From a candidate division FCPU426 bacterium (GTDB taxonomy: Bacteria; Oederibacteriota; PGYV01; Palsa-1178), in NCBI GenBank assembly GCA_003167475.1, contig PMTB01000098.1, forward strand, positions 1 to 42,515: a stretch of DNA of 42,515 bases, in the 5' to 3' direction. The translations under genes and the position numbers were made by a program. Position 1 is the first letter of the stretch; every line of letters starts with the position of its first letter. Of the stretch, positions 41,968 to 42,515 are shown piece after piece. Under the pieces are notes generated by a model, which saw only the letters and a list, made by a program, of their open reading frames with translations, was not told where the DNA came from and made no database searches.

Positions 41968-42515
41968 TGATGAAAATCGGCTACAGGGTTGACGACCAGA
42001 AAATCGACGGAAGCCTGCGTAATCTGAGCGCGGAGCTTGATTCCCTGAAAGATATTGGTTTGCAATGCGTGGAACTGCCCGCGCACGGTATGGATGTGAT
42101 CAGGAACTGCGAAATAGACGCGCCGGTACTGAACAAGGTTAAGGACATTCTTGGCGGGTATGATCTTGAATATACGGTGCATTGCGCGGACTCCATGAAC
42201 CTCATGGATGAAGATAATATCCGGGACAACCTGGGTGTTTTTGCGTCATCTCTTGAGTTCTGCAGGCAGATCAGGTCAAAGGTATTTGTTTATCATCCCG
42301 GGAGGTACATACCCGAGGAGGAATTTAATTTTAATTACGGCAAAAAAGCCGATGAATCGCAGCGTAAAGAATTGCTGGCGGCAGAAAGAATATATATAAA
42401 AGAAAAGGCGGCGGCATATCCGGAAATTAGAATATGCATGGAAAATGCCAGGCCATATAAAAATATGGCGCATTACTGTTACGCGGAGGAAATGGAGTTA
42501 ATATTAAATGTTGTG
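41967..42515 (+). CDS. Xylose-isomerase-like TIM-barrel (sugar phosphate isomerase/epimerase family) protein, 3' partial
   Basis: The ATG at 41967 overlaps the preceding TGA, and the frame is open for 183 codons to the window edge. MMKIGYRVDD...CVELPAHG...VFVYHPG...ICMENA is typical of AP-endonuclease-2/TIM-barrel proteins. It is absent from the ORF track because no stop lies in the window. Confidence 0.65.
   Translation, partial: MMKIGYRVDDQKIDGSLRNLSAELDSLKDIGLQCVELPAHGMDVIRNCEIDAPVLNKVKDILGGYDLEYTVHCADSMNLMDEDNIRDNLGVFASSLEFCRQIRSKVFVYHPGRYIPEEEFNFNYGKKADESQRKELLAAERIYIKEKAAAYPEIRICMENARPYKNMAHYCYAEEMELILNVV

Noticed and set aside
1-42515. Search for CRISPR arrays, tRNA/rRNA genes, integrases or transposases, and known defence systems
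   Set aside because: I found no regularly spaced direct repeats and no tRNA cloverleaf-like or rRNA-like segments. No ORF carries recombinase, transposase, nuclease-helicase or restriction-modification motifs. The only repeats are the structured intergenic elements reported above.

Overview
The window has no rRNA, tRNA, CRISPR array or recognisable transposase, so the organism cannot be placed. It looks like a diderm bacterium: there is a porin-like gene and a lipoprotein signal peptide. Positions 1-12.2 kb carry signalling and redox genes. These are a CBS-GGDEF diguanylate cyclase, a divergent chemotaxis cluster (cheW-mcp-cheY on the minus strand; cheA, a GAF protein and two small paralogs on the plus strand), an alpha/beta hydrolase, a flavodoxin-like lipoprotein, and a NapH-like 4Fe-4S membrane protein operon. 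From about 12.5 kb to the end the window reads as one contiguous phosphate-starvation island. In order it contains: a PHP-phosphoesterase::GT4 glycosyltransferase fusion (minus strand); a divergently transcribed seven-gene cluster matching the bioinformatically named but functionally uncharacterised GAK system (RimK-like ATP-grasp, HprK-related P-loop kinase, four amphi-Trp small-protein paralogs), here extended by a PhoU-domain::APH-like kinase fusion and a divergent PHP-like protein; phoB-phoR; a porin; pstS, pstC, pstA, pstB and phoU; arsC and a half-size TauE; and phnF-DCE-GHIJKLM (C-P lyase). The phn genes are followed by a calcineurin-type metallophosphoesterase and a xylose-isomerase-like TIM-barrel gene that runs off the 3' edge. 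A direct repeat TTAAY-N6-TTAAY with 11-bp phasing (PhoB/PhoP-box-like) recurs in most promoter regions of the island and upstream of the chemotaxis and GGDEF genes. Several structured intergenic repeats are present: two copies of a roughly 110-bp TIR element, a 159-bp nested palindrome, a 31-bp-arm inverted repeat between pstB and phoU, and CGCAACC-core hairpins. The best candidate for an undescribed system is the Pho-linked GAK-type cluster at 15.1-21.4 kb.
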